DNA of 63,935 nt, filler included, from Octopus bimaculoides (GCF_001194135.2; 13 parts of 12 records of this genome joined end to end with filler, not necessarily neighbours in it); one strand, 5' to 3'. Positions 14,157-28,969 are shown, counted from the whole stretch's first letter. Numbers and translations: made by a program. Notes: generated by a model from the sequence alone, not told the origin.

Positions 14157-15045
14157 CAGCATATATATATATATATATATGCTTATATACTTATACGAAT
14201 ACATATGCATGTGTGTGGGAGTATGATAACCGATGTTGGCTTCTTTATGTCCTAACTTTGCGGTTCGGCAAAAGATACCAATAGAATAAGTACCAGGCTT
14301 CAAAATCGGTGCTGGTGTCGATTATTTCATTTCAATCCCATCATACTATGCTAAACAGATCCGGTAGAACGGCAGAGAAAGATGTTTTTTTGCATTTTCC
14401 TCGTGTTCTGGGTTTAAATTGTGCTAGTTTCAACTTAGCCGTTCGTCTTTCGAGGATCAATATAACCGAATGTATCCCTGGTTTAATTTGTCATCTGTTC
14501 TGAAGTAGGATACAATTTTAAAAAGTACGTTTTACGTTGGGAATTCAAATCATGCCGATGTTAACATTGCCTTTCATTCTTCCGGTGTCGATAAAATACC
14601 AGGCGACCACTAATGTCGATGCCACACACTGACCCCACTTACACTAAAATTACTGGCCTTGTTTCCAAATGGGAAACCATTATTATAATGACATAGTGGC
14701 CATGTTGTGGTATTTCTCTCCATATTAGTTTTCAGTACATATAGGAATTCCATTTTTATTTTGACTTGTTTTTATAACCTTTACAGTTTTTTCGTCCTTG
14801 TCTAAATATTTTATTTCAGTGTAGTTAGTTTCCTGTTTGTAGTTCATCATTTCCTCATATAGAAAGGAAAGACACTTTGCTATGTCTTATTTTTTTCCTT
14901 ATTATGGTTAACAGCTTCCTTTTTATTTGCTTCTCAGTATTTTCCTAGTCCTGCTGTTGTTATTTTGTAGTAGTTTATTTTTATATGTGTGTGTGTATCA
15001 GCCCCACCCTCATTACGTGCAGAATAGGTATATTTTATTTTATTC

Positions 15046-15241
15046 ACCGTATTTAATGGCATAAATGACGCACCAACATGAAGACGCACCTCAAATTCAG
15101 CACCGCGTTTTCAGGAGGTAAAATATTTTGCTGCATTAAAGCTTATGGGAGGCTCAACTTCGTTTATAGGACCTGGAGTGACTTTCTGAGACATATCATT
15201 CGGGAAAAAGAAATGCATCTTATATGCCATCGAATACGATA
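15046..15241. mobile_element. pogo/Tigger-like MITE
   Basis: Imperfect TIRs ACCGTATTTAATGGCATAAATGACGCAC / ATGCATCTTATATGCCATCGAATACGAT. Confidence 0.6.
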
Positions 15242-15292
15242 TGTCTTAAGGTGATGATTTTAGAATGCTGTCAGAAGCTTCTGAGTTTTTTC

Positions 15293-15761
15293 TACAAGGG
15301 TTGGACAAAATAATGGAAACACCTTAAAATTTCAAACAAATTTATTTTAATATGGGGTAGGACCGCCTTTGGCAGTAATTACAGCTTGAAGTCTACGAGG
15401 TATGGACTCCTACAAAGTTTGAATTGTTTCCAAAAGAATTTTTGTCCATTCTTCATCTAAAACAGTCTCCAGTTCTTGTAGTGATGATGGTGGAGCATAT
15501 CGACTCCTTACCTGTTTTTCTAAAATGCACCATAAATGTTCAGTAATGTTGAGATCTGGGGACTGTGGTGGCCAGATAAGGTGTTCAACTTCACTAGAAT
15601 GTTCCTCGTGCTATTCAATAACCACTTTAGCTGTGTGAATTGGTGCATTATCATCCTGAAAGATTATGTTTCCCTCCTGAAACAGTTCCGCAAACTTAGG
15701 ATGAATTTGATAAGATAAAATGCTTAAATAGCCTTGACTATTAATTCTGCCATGAAGGGAA
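15293..15761 (-). mobile_element. Tc1-family (DD34E) transposon 3' end with TIR
   Basis: IIFQDDNAPIHTAK...WPPQSPDLNITEHLW...IPRRLQAVITAKGGPTPY* (stop 15347-49); terminus TA|CAAGGGTTGGACAAAATAATGGAAACACC; rest lost in an N gap. Confidence 0.9.
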
Positions 15762-16440
15762 NNNNNNNNNNNNNNNNNNNNNNNNNNNNNNNNNNNNNNN
15801 NNNNNNNNNNNNNNNNNNNNNNNNNNNNNNNNNNNNNNNNNNNNNNNNNNNNNNNNNNNNNNNNNNNNNNNNNNNNNNNNNNNNNNNNNNNNNNNNNNNN
15901 NNNNNNNNNNNNNNNNNNNNNNNNNNNNNNNNNNNNNNNNNNNNNNNNNNNNNNNNNNNNNNNNNNNNNNNNNNNNNNNNNNNNNNNNNNNNNNNNNNNN
16001 NNNNNNNNNNNNNNNNNNNNNNNNNNNNNNNNNNNNNNNNNNNNNNNNNNNNNNNNNNNNNNNNNNNNNNNNNNNNNNNNNNNNNNNNNNNNNNNNNNNN
16101 NNNNNNNNNNNNNNNNNNNNNNNNNNNNNNNNNNNNNNNNNNNNNNNNNNNNNNNNNNNNNNNNNNNNNNNNNNNNNNNNNNNNNNNNNNNNNNNNNNNN
16201 NNNNNNNNNNNNNNNNNNNNNNNNNNNNNNNNNNNNNNNNNNNNNNNNNNNNNNNNNNNNNNNNNNNNNNNNNNNNNNNNNNNNNNNNNNNNNNNNNNNN
16301 NNNNNNNNNNNNNNNNNNNNNNNNNNNNNNNNNNNNNNNNNNNNNNNNNNNNNNNNNNNNNNNNNNNNNNNNNNNNNNNNNNNNNNNNNNNNNNNNNNNN
16401 NNNNNNNNNNNNNNNNNNNNNNNNNNNNNNNNNNNNNNNN

Positions 16441-16486
<46 letters not shown>

Positions 16487-16593
16487 TGTGTGTTTAAATA
16501 TGTTTATGTAACGTCATTGTTAGTGAGTGTGCGTCTATGTACGTTTGTGTGTGCCTCGGTCTTGGTATCTGCATTTACATCGCTGTATACTTA

Positions 16594-16624
<31 letters not shown>

Positions 16625-16713
16625 ACGTATGCATATATAAAGAGAGAGGGACACAGAGAGTTGACATCCAAGCTGGGTGTATATGCATGTGAGTGTGCTT
16701 GTATGTAGAATTA

Positions 16714-16860
16714 AATGTTACCCCAGGAACAAGGCCCGAAATTTTTGGGGAGGGGCCAGTCGATTAGATCGACCCCAGAACGAAAATGGTACTTAATTTA
16801 TCGACCCCGAAAGGATGAAAGGCAAAGTCGACCTCGGCGGAATTTGAACTCAGAACGAAA
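16714..16860 (-). mobile_element. SINE family B (3' part)
   Basis: Reverse complement of the Nin/Deu-like block. Further copies at 9185-9375(-), 11230-11360(+), 23540-23715(-), 43535-43725(-), 55790-56015(-). Confidence 0.75.
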
Positions 16861-18398
16861 TAAGAAAAGGAGATATAGAACTGTGCGCGTGTACATGAGT
16901 GCATACATGACAGTCTATGTGTGTGTGTGTGTGTGTGTGTGTAAATTAATGTGCGTCGCTGCGTGGTAAGAGTCTTGCTTCCCAACCACANNNNNNNNNN
17001 NNNNNNNNNNNNNNNNNNNNNNNNNNNNNNNNNNNNNNNNNNNNNNNNNNNNNNNNNNNNNNNNNNNNNNNNNNNNNNNNNNNNNNNNNNNNNNNNNNNN
17101 NNNNNNNNNNNNNNNNNNNNNNNNNNNNNNNNNNNNNNNNNNNNNNNNNNNNNNNNNNNNNNNNNNNNNNNNNNNNNNNNNNNNNNNNNNNNNNNNNNNN
17201 NNNNNNNNNNNNNNNNNNNNNNNNNNNNNNNNNNNNNNNNNNNNNNNNNNNNNNNNNNNNNNNNNNNNNNNNNNNNNNNNNNNNNNNNNNNNNNNNNNNN
17301 NNNNNNNNNNNNNNNNNNNNNNNNNNNNNNNNNNNNNNNNNNNNNNNNNNNNNNNNNNNNNNNNNNNNNNNNNNNNNNNNNNNNNNNNNNNNNNNNNNNN
17401 NNNNNNNNNNNNNNNNNNNNNNNNNNNNNNNNNNNNNNNNNNNNNNNNNNNNNNNNNNNNNNNNNNNNNNNNNNNNNNNNNNNNNNNNNNNNNNNNNNNN
17501 NNNNNNNNNNNNNNNNNNNNNNNNNNNNNNNNNNNNNNNNNNNNNNNNNNNNNNNNNNNNNNNNNNNNNNNNNNNNNNNNNNNNNNNNNNNNNNNNNNNN
17601 NNNNNNNNNNNNNNNNNNNNNNNNNNNNNNNNNNNNNNNNNNNNNNNNNNNNNNNNNNNNNNNNNNNNNNNNNNNNNNNNNNNNNNNNNNNNNNNNNNNN
17701 NNNNNNNNNNNNNNNNNNNNNNNNNNNNNNNNNNNNNNNNNNNNNNNNNNNNNNNNNNNNNNNNNNNNATATATATATATATATATATACGCATGTCTAG
17801 TCATGCATGAGAATACTTACATAAACCAAAGTATAGAAATATACGCATCACTCCAGATATTGCACACATTCACACATACATGAAGAAATACCCCGTTGAT
17901 GTTGTTGAAATTCCAATGAAGGAGCCTTGGACCTAGGTTAAAAACTGCCTTTTTCTCCATTGGTAAGAAATAAAAATAAAGCCACCTTATAACATACATA
18001 GATATATTCATCGGGGAAAATTAAGATAGACACAAGTAAAAATCATTAATTGCAACGTACGTTTCGCCGTTGCAGTTATACTTGTGTTTATCGTAATTTT
18101 CCCTTATATATTCTCTGTATATCATAACTTGTAACATTGCTAAATACAGTGTTCGACTAACCGCTATAATGGAAGTTGAGTGCATAACGGCAATCTAGGT
18201 GGAGCTCTAACTCATACAGTAACTGTCGTATATCTAACTGTACACACACACACACACACACAACGTGTGTGTGTGTGTGTATATATAGATACATATATAA
18301 ATATACATATGTATGTACATATATATATATATATATATACACATACATACACATATATAGATAGATATACACACTTATATACATGTATACGCGCGCGC

Positions 18399-18441
<43 letters not shown>

Positions 18442-18833
18442 TATATACACATGGGAGATTTCCTGTCCTTTAATTTGTTTTAGCTATTATGGGGCCAACA
18501 GAAAACAGGTGCCCACTATTTATATATCTTTATAAAAATTAACAGAATGAGATAAAAATCCAAGGCTGTGAAAGATTTAAGAAAGATATCTTTTTATATA
18601 TGNNNNNNNNNNNNNNNNNNNNNNNNNNNNNNNNNNNNNNNNNNNNTTAATTAATTAANNNNNNNNNNNNNNNNNNNNNNNNNNNNNNNNNNNNNNNNNN
18701 NNTTTCCTTTGTAGTGCCATAACAACCCCTCTGTTAACACTTGTCCTTCCCGCTGCTTTTTTCTTATTTTTGCCAATTCATTGTGTGTGTGTGTGTGCGT
18801 GTGTGTGTTTGCGTGCGTGTGTGTGTGTGTGTT

Positions 18834-19210
18834 TATCTTTTACTTGCTTCAGTCATTAGGCTGCGACCATGCTGGGGCACCGACTTCAAGAACTTTAATC
18901 GAATGATCCGACCCCAGTACTTATTTTTTAAAAGCCAGGTACTTATTTAATCGGTCTCTTTGCCGAACCGCTAAGTTACACGTACGTAAACATGCCAATG
19001 CTAATGTCAAAGATGGTGGCGGGGAAAACACACACATATATATATATACAGTAGGCTTCTTTCAGTTTCCGTCTACCAAATCCACTCACAAGACTTTAAT
19101 CGGCCTGTGGCTATAGCTGAAAGCACTTCTCTAAAGTGCCATGCAGACCGACTGAACCCGGAACAGTGTTGCTGGGAAGCAAACTCCTTACTACACAGCC
19201 AAGACTGCGC
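18834..19210 (-). mobile_element. SINE family A (near full length)
   Basis: Same head and tail blocks in reverse orientation. Confidence 0.8.
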
Positions 19211-19841
19211 CCTCATGCATACATGCATACATAAATATACGCGCTTGTGTATTTGTGTGTGTAGGTCTGTGTGTCTGTGTGTCTGTGTCAGTGTGTGTTC
19301 GTTCCCAATGATATGCTGCCTCGGTAAATGCTGAATACTCAAAACCAGCCTGCTACTATATTTTCTGTATTGTGTGAACATCGGTATTGTTATACTACCA
19401 TGAAACAATAACAACAACAACAACAACAAAAATAATAATAATTTCACATAATACAGATATATGCCTGTGTATATATATATATATATATACACACACAAAA
19501 GCACATATGTGCATATATACGCATATTGTATATCATATATATNNNNNNNNNNNNNNNNNNNNNNNNNNNNNNNNNNNNNNNNNNNNNNNNNNNNNNNNNN
19601 NNNNNNNNNNNNNNNNNNNNNNNNNNNNNNNNNNNNNNNNNNNNNNNNNNNNNNNNNNNNNNNNNNNNNNNNNNNNNNNNNNNNNNNNNNNNNNNNNNNN
19701 NNNNNNNNNNNNNNNNNNNNNNNNNNNNNNNNNNNNNNNNNNNNNNNNNNNNNNNNNNNNNNNNNNNNNNNNNNNNNNNNNNNNNNNNNNNNNNNNNNNN
19801 NNNNNNNNNNNNNNNNNNNNNNNNNNNNNNNNNNNNNNNNN

Positions 19842-19890
<49 letters not shown>

Positions 19891-19979
19891 TGTACATATA
19901 CACATAGGTATGTATGAATATCAAGTTTAATCTGAACTCGTAAACATTTACACGCCACTCTTAATCTACACAAGTCCCA

Positions 19980-20730
19980 GTTCTCACCATATACAGAAAT
20001 CCAATGAAACTCTATATTACATTCACAAACTCTCAAATTACCCAGAAAATGTCTTAATATCTCACTTCAAACAAACAAACCTCCACAGATGCTTATTATT
20101 ATTACAACAAAGGCCTTAATCGCATTACATTTTATGAAAAAATACAATATATTGCCAACAACAAGTTACAAACCTAAACATGGGGAAAGTGACAAATTGT
20201 TTGGTTTAATCCGCCGTTTAACCATAAAGTCTATATTCATGAGCTAAAAAAAATTCCCCCGTTGAACACAAGTATAATTTTTGGTGAAAATTGCATTAAA
20301 ATATGTTACTCTACGACATGCAACTTTGACATTCGTTAGCTAATATATATTGATCTAAACATAATCTGTTCTTTTCCAGCATTAATTTACAAACATTCAA
20401 TTGTATTCACTCTGACGAATGCCCATTAAACCTTAAGTGTACTACTAAAGGATTTGTTTACTCTACCACTGTCAAAATCAAGATAATATGAATGATTTGT
20501 CTCAATCATACATTGTGTTAACTTTAAATCCCTTCAAGTAAACTTGATATCCTCTAGACTAGAAACTACTTTAACAAAAGCTGAGGTATACCTCACTCCC
20601 AGTGGTCTTCCAACTCAACAGACACCAAACCGGAATTTCTGAGAGACTGTGGTATTGCTAGATAGTCATTCAACTTACACTAAATTCATCTGTCTTTTTG
20701 ACAAGTCTGTGTTGTAGTCGTACTGGGTTT
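19980..20730 (+). mobile_element. Highly decayed PLE of the same type as 45805-47326 (linker + endonuclease region)
   Basis: IVWFNPPFN at about 20196-20222 and DECPLNLKCTTKGFVYSTTVK at about 20414-20476 correspond to the WFNPAF and C..L.G.CL...VY motifs of the 45.8-kb copy. Confidence 0.6.
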
Positions 20731-21420
20731 CTACCCACCCTCCTCACCAGACAAGCCTAACGGGGTGCCGGTTAGCCGCCAGCGACCCAATCATACAACG
20801 GGTTGTACTGGATTCCATGAAAGACACGCACGTATATATATATATATACAGTACATTATAGGTTCGTCTTCCTCTGTATATATATATATATATATATANN
20901 NNNNNNNNNNNNNNNNNNNNNNNNNNNNNNNNNNNNNNNNNNNNNNNNNNNNNNNNNNNNNNNNNNNNNNNNNNNNNNNNNNNNNNNNNNNNNNNNNNNN
21001 NNNNNNNNNNNNNNNNNNNNNNNNNNNNNNNNNNNNNNNNNNNNNNNNNNNNNNNNNNNNNNNNNNNNNNNNNNNNNNNNNNNNNNNNNNNNNNNNNNNN
21101 NNNNNNNNNNNNNNNNNNNNNNNNNNNNNNNNNNNNNNNNNNNNNNNNNNNNNNNNNNNNNNNNNNNNNNNNNNNNNNNNNNNNNNNNNNNNNNNNNNNN
21201 NNNNNNNNNNNNNNNNNNNNNNNNNNNNNNNNNNNNNNNNNNNNNNNNNNNNNNNNNNNNNNNNNNNNNNNNNNNNNNNNNNNNNNNNNNNNNNNNNNNN
21301 NNNNNNNNNNNNNNNNNNNNNNNNNNNNNNNNNNNNNNNNNNNNNNNNNNNNNNNNNNNNNNNNNNNNNNNNNNNNNNNNNNNNNNNNNNNNNNNNNNNN
21401 NNNNNNNNNNNNNNNNNNNN

Positions 21421-21459
<39 letters not shown>

Positions 21460-21834
21460 TATATTACGGAGATGTACAAAGCATTATTATGGGTCCATCA
21501 CAGGCTGACTTCATCTCTCTTCTAATTTATTCGAAATGATAAGTTAATTTTTGTTTCTTTTCTCTCCGCCGCCCTGGTGGTCATGCCGAGAACGTTTTCC
21601 ACTCCCTAAATTAAACCGTCTATGGATAAACTGGACGGTTTTAGGATCTCCTTCTAAACATTCTTTATGACGCCATAGTAACAACACGGCTGATACAGAG
21701 GAAGACACACACACACACACACACAGAGGGTGAGACAGACGGACAAATAGACAGAGGGAGAGAGAGTGAGACAGACGGACAAATAGACAGAGGGAGAGAG
21801 AGAGTGAGACAGACAGATAGAGAGAGATTCTTAC

Positions 21835-21944
21835 ATAGCTTTCTGTTTGATCTGTTTCTCTTTCTGGAGTTTCTTAGTCAGTTCTCCGTTTTCGCTTCGG
21901 CACTGTTGTATGATTTCTTCTTGACGCTTCAGATCCTTTTTCAA
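21835..21944 (-). CDS. Coding exon of a coiled-coil protein (LKKDLKRQEEIIQQCRSENGELTKKLQKEKQIKQKA), phase 0 to 2
   Basis: ttctatttcag|TTGAAAAAG...AAAGCTAT|gtaaga; 110 nt; only frame 0 is free of stops; E/K/Q-rich heptad-like peptide. Confidence 0.8.
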
Positions 21945-22096
21945 CTGAAATAGAACGGAGGTTTATAACAAACGTATCTCATACATATGTGTGCGTGTAT
22001 TTATGCATATATATATATATATATATACATACATACACATGCGTACATTATATTAACACATGTTTCCTAACGACAAAGTAAACTTCATTTAACCAA

Positions 22097-22196
22097 GATA
22101 CCCTTGGCCTCAAGAGTAGCCTGCGTTATACACCTCACTTGGATAATTACTACTTTCAAGGTTCCGCTCGCTATGAAACATATGTAGTGCAGATTT
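22097..22196 (+). ncRNA. Decayed copy of the 55078 hammerhead family (G5->C core change, stem II C->T)
   Basis: CTCAAGA-GTAGC...GCTAT-GAAAC-ATAT-GTA; flanks align by eye with about 55040-55270 over roughly 240 bp. Confidence 0.65.
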
Positions 22197-25158
22197 TAAC
22201 TACTCCATTCCTTAACCCTTTGGATTTTCATTCGCATACCCGGCAACTCAGGCTGCCAACCGTGGACTATAAAATAATTTTTTTTCAGCTTATCGTATTT
22301 ATTGTACAGAAAAAAATTCACAACCTTCCGTCCCAATAAACCACCATTGTTCCTGAAAGTTGTTCTTTATATTTTCTACGGATTGCTTGAAGCTCACTTT
22401 CTTTCTACACCTCGATTCTTGGATCTCTCTNNNNNNNNNNNNNNNNNNNNNNNNNNNNNNNNNNNNNNNNNNNNNNNNNNNNNNNNNNNNNNNNNNNNNN
22501 NNNNNNNNNNNNNNNNNNNNNNNNNNNNNNNNNNNNNNNNNNNNNNNNNNNNNNNNNNNNNNNNNNNNNNNNNNNNNNNNNNNNNNNNNNNNNNNNNNNN
22601 NNNNNNNNNNNNNNNNNNNNNNNNNNNNNNNNNTATATAATCTCCGTATTTTTCTACGCATTTCACAAAAAAAAAAAAAAATCTGAAAAAGTAAAAATTA
22701 AAGAATTTGGAGCTGGGGTAATTAAAATTTTAAAATGCTGTTTTTCTTGCAGAATCAGAATCTCTGTACTCGAAAATGGGGGATTCTGTTAAAAAAAGAA
22801 AAAAGAAAAAATCGAATGGGGATGCGGTGTACATACTTTACGTCCGCCGTACACATACATTAGTTTAACGCCTACTTTTCTGTGCTTAGTTGTTGAGATA
22901 AATTTTCTACAGCCAGAAGCCTTTTCTGTCGCCTACCCTTCCCTGTTTCCAAGCAAATTAATAGTTCCTGATGGTTGCACATATTTTCACAGAAGGCTAG
23001 AAACGAAGGACACCGCTTGTATGACGATAACGCTTATTTATATCCATCGCGTTATGTCACGACAAGGAGACACAAAGACACATGCGCGCCCTCGTGCATA
23101 TTCGCCTTACAAGGGCAAATAGAACATGCTAATCTATAAATATTAACAGAGACCATATGAATACAATTATATCTATAACTCTATAACTAGGTCCACTTTG
23201 GAACAGAAATTACCTAAGAAACCCGTATTATACCAGCAAAAGAAACAGAAACCAAAGAACAAAAGGCATAATTGGAAACTCTCCCTCTTCAGCTGCCTAA
23301 CGGCTATCAACGTGGTTTCGGATGAGAATTGCCTACCAGAGCATTAGAGATAAAGCAAGAACAAGAAAATTAGGAGAGAGAAAATAATATACCACTCTTT
23401 TTTTCTCTAGATCTTGGGCTCATAAGTCCGGTTTACCTCGGTTTCCCCGTTTTACCCCGTTTCATTGGCGTAAAAATCATCGAGACCACAGCATTCCCCC
23501 TGAACGGGATGCTGGCCAGTTGCAGGGTTGCAGATCAGCGGAAGGGGAAAGTTGATCACACTAACCCTTGCACTTGCTTGATAGTTCATTTTAGCGACTC
23601 CGAAGGAATGAAAGGTGATCTCAATGGCTTTTGAACTCAGAACGTAAAGAGCCGGAAGAAATGCCGCTAAGCATTTTGTTCGACGTGCTAACGATTTTAC
23701 CAGCTCACTGCCTCATCACTCTATTGGACCAGTGTATTTTATTTTCTCTACTTGTGAACTTTGTTGCTTTAAATTCCAGGAGCTATATCATTTGAACTAT
23801 CAATGTTAATGATACAGAAGCTGCGATCAACTGGTTTTCACAGGGTGATCGTGAATTTTATGGAAAGCTTAGGTTTCTGCGTCATTGCATCGACCAAGAA
23901 GACCTTTCGGGTCACGTGTTCTTTATTGCAGTCTTACAGATCCTGATAAGATCCTGTATTTCGAGCATTTGCAATGGAACTTTCGAACGACGAAATAAAT
24001 GCAGAAAATTGAACTTATTCTGCAAGAATATAGATATAATATAGATACAAGAATATAGATATAATTTGGATAATTATCCGTCACTGACCACACCTGACAT
24101 AGAGGATAACTTAAACATTAGAACGGATCACTTATTTGTGATCGAAGATATGAAGATAATAAACAAAGGTCGTTTTAATTAAAACGTCGACGAATTAAAT
24201 ATTGATACATAAGCAGGTTTCAAAGAGTTTAAAAGAAACGATGCAGTGTTAACAATAACGATCTATTAATTACAAACGTTGAAAGTTTTCTTTATCGATG
24301 CATCTGGTGGAGTGTAAGGGAAAGATTTTCTTTATATTCCCATTTTATTATGTCTTTAAACAGAGAAACACTGCTATAGAAATAGTCTCATCTGCTCTGG
24401 TTCCTATCATACTTTCCAGGGACAACAATTCATTAAAAATCTTGTTAATAGTACTACCCAAGTGTTTAGGATATTGCACTTAATATCCCAAGACCGTGGT
24501 CCCGATTTCCAGACCGGAGGTGCTCCGTTGTGTTCCTGAACAAAACACTTCATGTCATGTTGCTCCAGTCCAGTCAGCTGTAAATGGATGTCCAGGGATA
24601 ATGTTGACCTGCTCCTCCTCCTATCCAGCTGAGTGGCGTCATTTGAAGCCACCACAATACAAAGAAGCGCTCTGCGGTTAGCTTTGTATAACAACATCCA
24701 ATATCACAGTGATACAGTGATATACATGTGCACACAGACATACACACACTCACACACACACACACACACGCACACACATATACACACAAACACACATACA
24801 CATGCATCTATATTAAATGAGTCCCTATGACCTGAAGCTGATACACCTAAACACACACTCATAATTGCAGAGTTCTACATCCACGAATAATTCGAACAAT
24901 TAGCACTTCCTCACATTGAAGGAATATGAATTCTCCAGAGCATCTTGCCACAACAACTTACCATCCTGCCTAATTATCATTCAACACAACACAGGTTACC
25001 CTAGACAATTTTAACTTAACAGAAACTTGTATAAAGCCAAGACGAACTTCAATACATTACAGTTCGATGATAGTTTACATGGCCGAAATTTCGAAGCCAT
25101 TGCCAATACTATTATTGTTAAAGTATTATGTATGTATGTATGTATGTATGTATGTATG

Positions 25159-25211
<53 letters not shown>

Positions 25212-25501
25212 GTTTGTATGTATGTATATATATATATATACATACGTGCACACGTCATATATGTGTGTATATGTATAAGATACATTGTATATATATATAT
25301 ANNNNNNNNNNNNNNNNNNNNNNNNNNNNNNNNNNNNNNNNNNNNTTAATTAATTAANNNNNNNNNNNNNNNNNNNNNNNNNNNNNNNNNNNNNNNNNNN
25401 NTATATATAGATGTGATATACTTTTGTATGTGTGCATCTAACCTCAATATGTAGACGCATATATACAGGAATATATGTATATATCAAAACACACATACGC
25501 C

Positions 25502-25549
<48 letters not shown>

Positions 25550-25826
25550 CTATATGAGCTTGCTTGAGTGGGTGTCTGTCTCTAGTAATAAACATACATA
25601 CGCGTGTGTATATATATACATACATATATATATGTATACACACATATATGCATAGATATTTAAGCATACACACACATACTTAAAGACATTAATATATATA
25701 TGTATATATAAACGTACATACACACACACACTATATATATATGTATGTGCATAGCATACGTACATAGATACGCACGTACACATATACAGACATACACACA
25801 TACATACACACACACACACGTACATA

Positions 25827-25865
<39 letters not shown>

Positions 25866-26607
25866 NNNNNNNNNNNNNNNNNNNNNNNNNNNNNNNNNNN
25901 NNNNNNNNNNNNNNNNNNNNNNNNNNNNNNNNNNNNNNNNNNNNNNNNNNNNNNNNNNNNNNNNNNNNNNNNNNNNNNNNNNNNNNNNNNNNNNNNNNNN
26001 NNNNNNNNNNNNNNNNNNNNNNNNNNNNNNNNNNNNNNNNNNNNNNNNNNNNNNNNNNNNNNNNNNNNNNNNNNNNNNNNNNNNNNNNNNNNNNNNNNNN
26101 NNNNNNNNNNNNNNNNNNNNNNNNNNNNNNNNNNNNNNNNNNNNNNNNNNNNNNNNNNNNNNNNNNNNNNNNNNNNNNNNNNNNNNNNNNNNNNNNNNNN
26201 NNNNNNNNNNNNNNNNNNNNNNNNNNNNNNNNNNNNNNNNNNNNNNNNNNNNNNNNNNNNNNNNNNNNNNNNNNNNNNNNNNNNNNNNNNNNNNNNNNNN
26301 NNNNNNNNNNNNNNNNNNNNNNNNNNNNNNNNNNNNNNNNNNNNNNNNNNNNNNNNNNNNNNNNNNNNNNNNNNNNNNNNNNNNNNNNNNNNNNNNNNNN
26401 NNNNNNNNNNNNNNNNNNNNNNNNNNNNNNNNNNNNNNNNNNNNNNNNNNNNNNNNNNNNNNNNNNNNNNNNNNNNNNNNNNNNNNNNNNNNNNNNNNNN
26501 NNNNNNNNNNNNNNNNNNNNNNNNNNNNNNNNNNNNNNNNNNNNNNNNNNNNNNNNNNNNNNNNNNNNNNNNNNNNNNNNNNNNNNNNNNNNNNNNNNNN
26601 NNNNNNN

Positions 26608-26657
<50 letters not shown>

Positions 26658-26914
26658 TATACATATACATACATATACACACACAAACGTAGATACATAC
26701 ATACATATATATATATATATGTACGTACATATATATATATGTACGTATACACACATGCATACATATACAGATATACATACATACACACACACCCTTACAC
26801 ATTTATATATATATATGTACGTGTATATATATTTACACACACATATATATATATATATATAAATATATAAATATATATATATATGTGATGTATGTATGTG
26901 TGTATGTGTCAGCG

Positions 26915-26969
26915 TACCTTTTTTAGAATTTTCCATTTCATTTTCGTCAATATGAACAACTTTAGGAGC
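26915..26969 (-). CDS. Coding exon, 55 nt ([18 protein letters not shown] in frame 0; [18 protein letters not shown] in the alternative open frame)
   Basis: tttcaatttttctttcag|ACAGCTCC...AAAAAAG|gtacgc: strong splice sites in an island of unique sequence between microsatellites. Confidence 0.65.
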
Positions 26970-27082
26970 TGTCTGAAAGAAAAATTGAAATCTAGCAGAG
27001 TGAGTGGCTTTTTGTAAGAATTGGTGGAATGACAAACAGGCAGAAACGGAAAGAAGGGAAAACGGAAGAACGAAAGAGGGGG

Positions 27083-27121
<39 letters not shown>

Positions 27122-27199
27122 AACCAAAAAAAAAAAGAAAAACTCAAAAACAAAACGAAAAAACAAAGAAAAACAAACAAAAAAAACAGAAGACAAATA

Positions 27200-27298
27200 T
27201 GGTTATAATGATGCTGATGTTGATGCCGGAGAAGCTGGTGATATGTCGTTTAATGTAGTTGATAGTTTTGATGGTGATGACTGCATTATTCTTCACTG

Positions 27299-27336
<38 letters not shown>

Positions 27337-27720
27337 GTTAATGCGGTTGTGGTGGAGGTGTTTGTGATAATCATGATATTGTGACGATAATAATGGGTGT
27401 GGTCCTGGTATAGGTGTTGATGGCTTTGGTGATGATGATGAGGAAGGCAACGATAAATGGAGACGACAACGACGACGACGACGACAACGACGACGATGTT
27501 GATGATGATGGTGATGATGATGGCACTGACGAGGATGGGGATTTGGTTTGCGGTTTCCATGGTGTTGCTGTCGTTGATGACCATGACGGAGATGATGATG
27601 ATATTTACGGGGGCGTTGGCGGTAGTGCTGAAAGCGCTGGGGACGATGGTGATAATGATAACGGTGGCGGTGGTCGTGGTGATGACCACCACAATTAATG
27701 ATGCTGATGATAATGAAGAT
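27200..27720. repeat. Degenerate (GAT/GAC/GGT)n trinucleotide tract
   Basis: Direct reading; similar tracts at 2320-2474 and 11865-12022. Confidence 0.85.
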
Positions 27721-27806
27721 GGGAAATGAATGCTAGAAACAAGCAGTCTAGAAATAAGCAATCTAACACAACTAATAAATTTTCTCTCAATATGTCTTTA
27801 AATTAA

Positions 27807-28009
27807 GGCGGTGAACGCGCACCCCGGGCAAAATGCTTAGCGGTATTTCGTCTGTTTTTACGTTCTGAGTTCAAATTTCGTCGAGGTCGACTTTGCTTCT
27901 CATCCTTTCGGGGTCGATAAATTAAGTACCAGTTACGCACTGGGGTCGATCTAATCGACTGTCCCCGTCCCCCAAAATTTCCGGCCTTTTGCCTAGAGTA
28001 GAAAAGAAT
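27807..28009 (+). mobile_element. Full-length SINE family B (tRNA-like head, Nin/Deu-like central domain)
   Basis: GGCGGTGA...GAGTTCAAATT (B box)...GAGGTCGACTTTGCTTCTCATCCTTTCGGGGTCGATAAATTAAGTACCAG; central block resembles the conserved Deu/Nin SINE domain (from recollection). Confidence 0.75.
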
Positions 28010-28320
28010 ATGTATTTAAAGTCAATGTTAAAATATTCGTGTTTTGGTTTTGCTCGTGGTTTCTTTTTCTATTATGCAGTGTAAGTGTTCTATTTTTATG
28101 GTGGTCTATGAGTGAAATGTGTTATTTCGTGTGAGCGTAGCTTACAATTTTAGTAACCAATTATTTTTATATTTGCATGTGAAAGAACATAATCTTGGCC
28201 CTAAAATAGCACCAGAAATCTTAATTTTTCTTTTGTCAAACGCTATAGACATGACCCTAAACGTTAGGAAGTTGTAGATTTACAAGTATTTTACTAAAAT
28301 TCTCTATTTCATTTGGGAAA

Positions 28321-28357
<37 letters not shown>

Positions 28358-28534
28358 GTTTTAGTTGAAAAAAAAGGTGATTTCTTCTCCAGTAATTATT
28401 ATGTTATGTTTTGCTTGTATTTATATGAGGTCAACAAACTTTTGCATCTGTAGATGCTAACAAGTGAGGTGCCATGCAATTGAAAACATTGATGTCTGAG
28501 GGAGAAGAAAAAAAACAGAGGGAGTAAGGCTGCA

Positions 28535-28969
<435 letters not shown>

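Noticed and set aside
18048-18085. Minus-strand GGC-GAAAC-GTAC-GTT palindrome
   Set aside because: No CUGANGA-like box upstream.
23280-23370. Two partial hammerhead boxes on the minus strand (CGAAAC-CAC-GTT and CTGAAGA-GGGA)
   Set aside because: Each lacks its partner box; too degenerate to call.
23938-24019. 82-nt minus-strand segment with good acceptor and donor
   Set aside because: No frame links both neighbouring exons with a plausible peptide; the plus strand looks more like a decayed acidic transposase N-terminus.
24959-24966. 8-nt microexon (GCAGGATG) that would reconcile the phases of the 55-nt and 110-nt exons
   Set aside because: Good donor but poor acceptor; cannot be distinguished from chance without reads.
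27414-27729. Asp-rich and Thr/Met-rich ORFs resembling biomineralisation proteins
   Set aside because: Overlapping frames of a degenerate trinucleotide tract.
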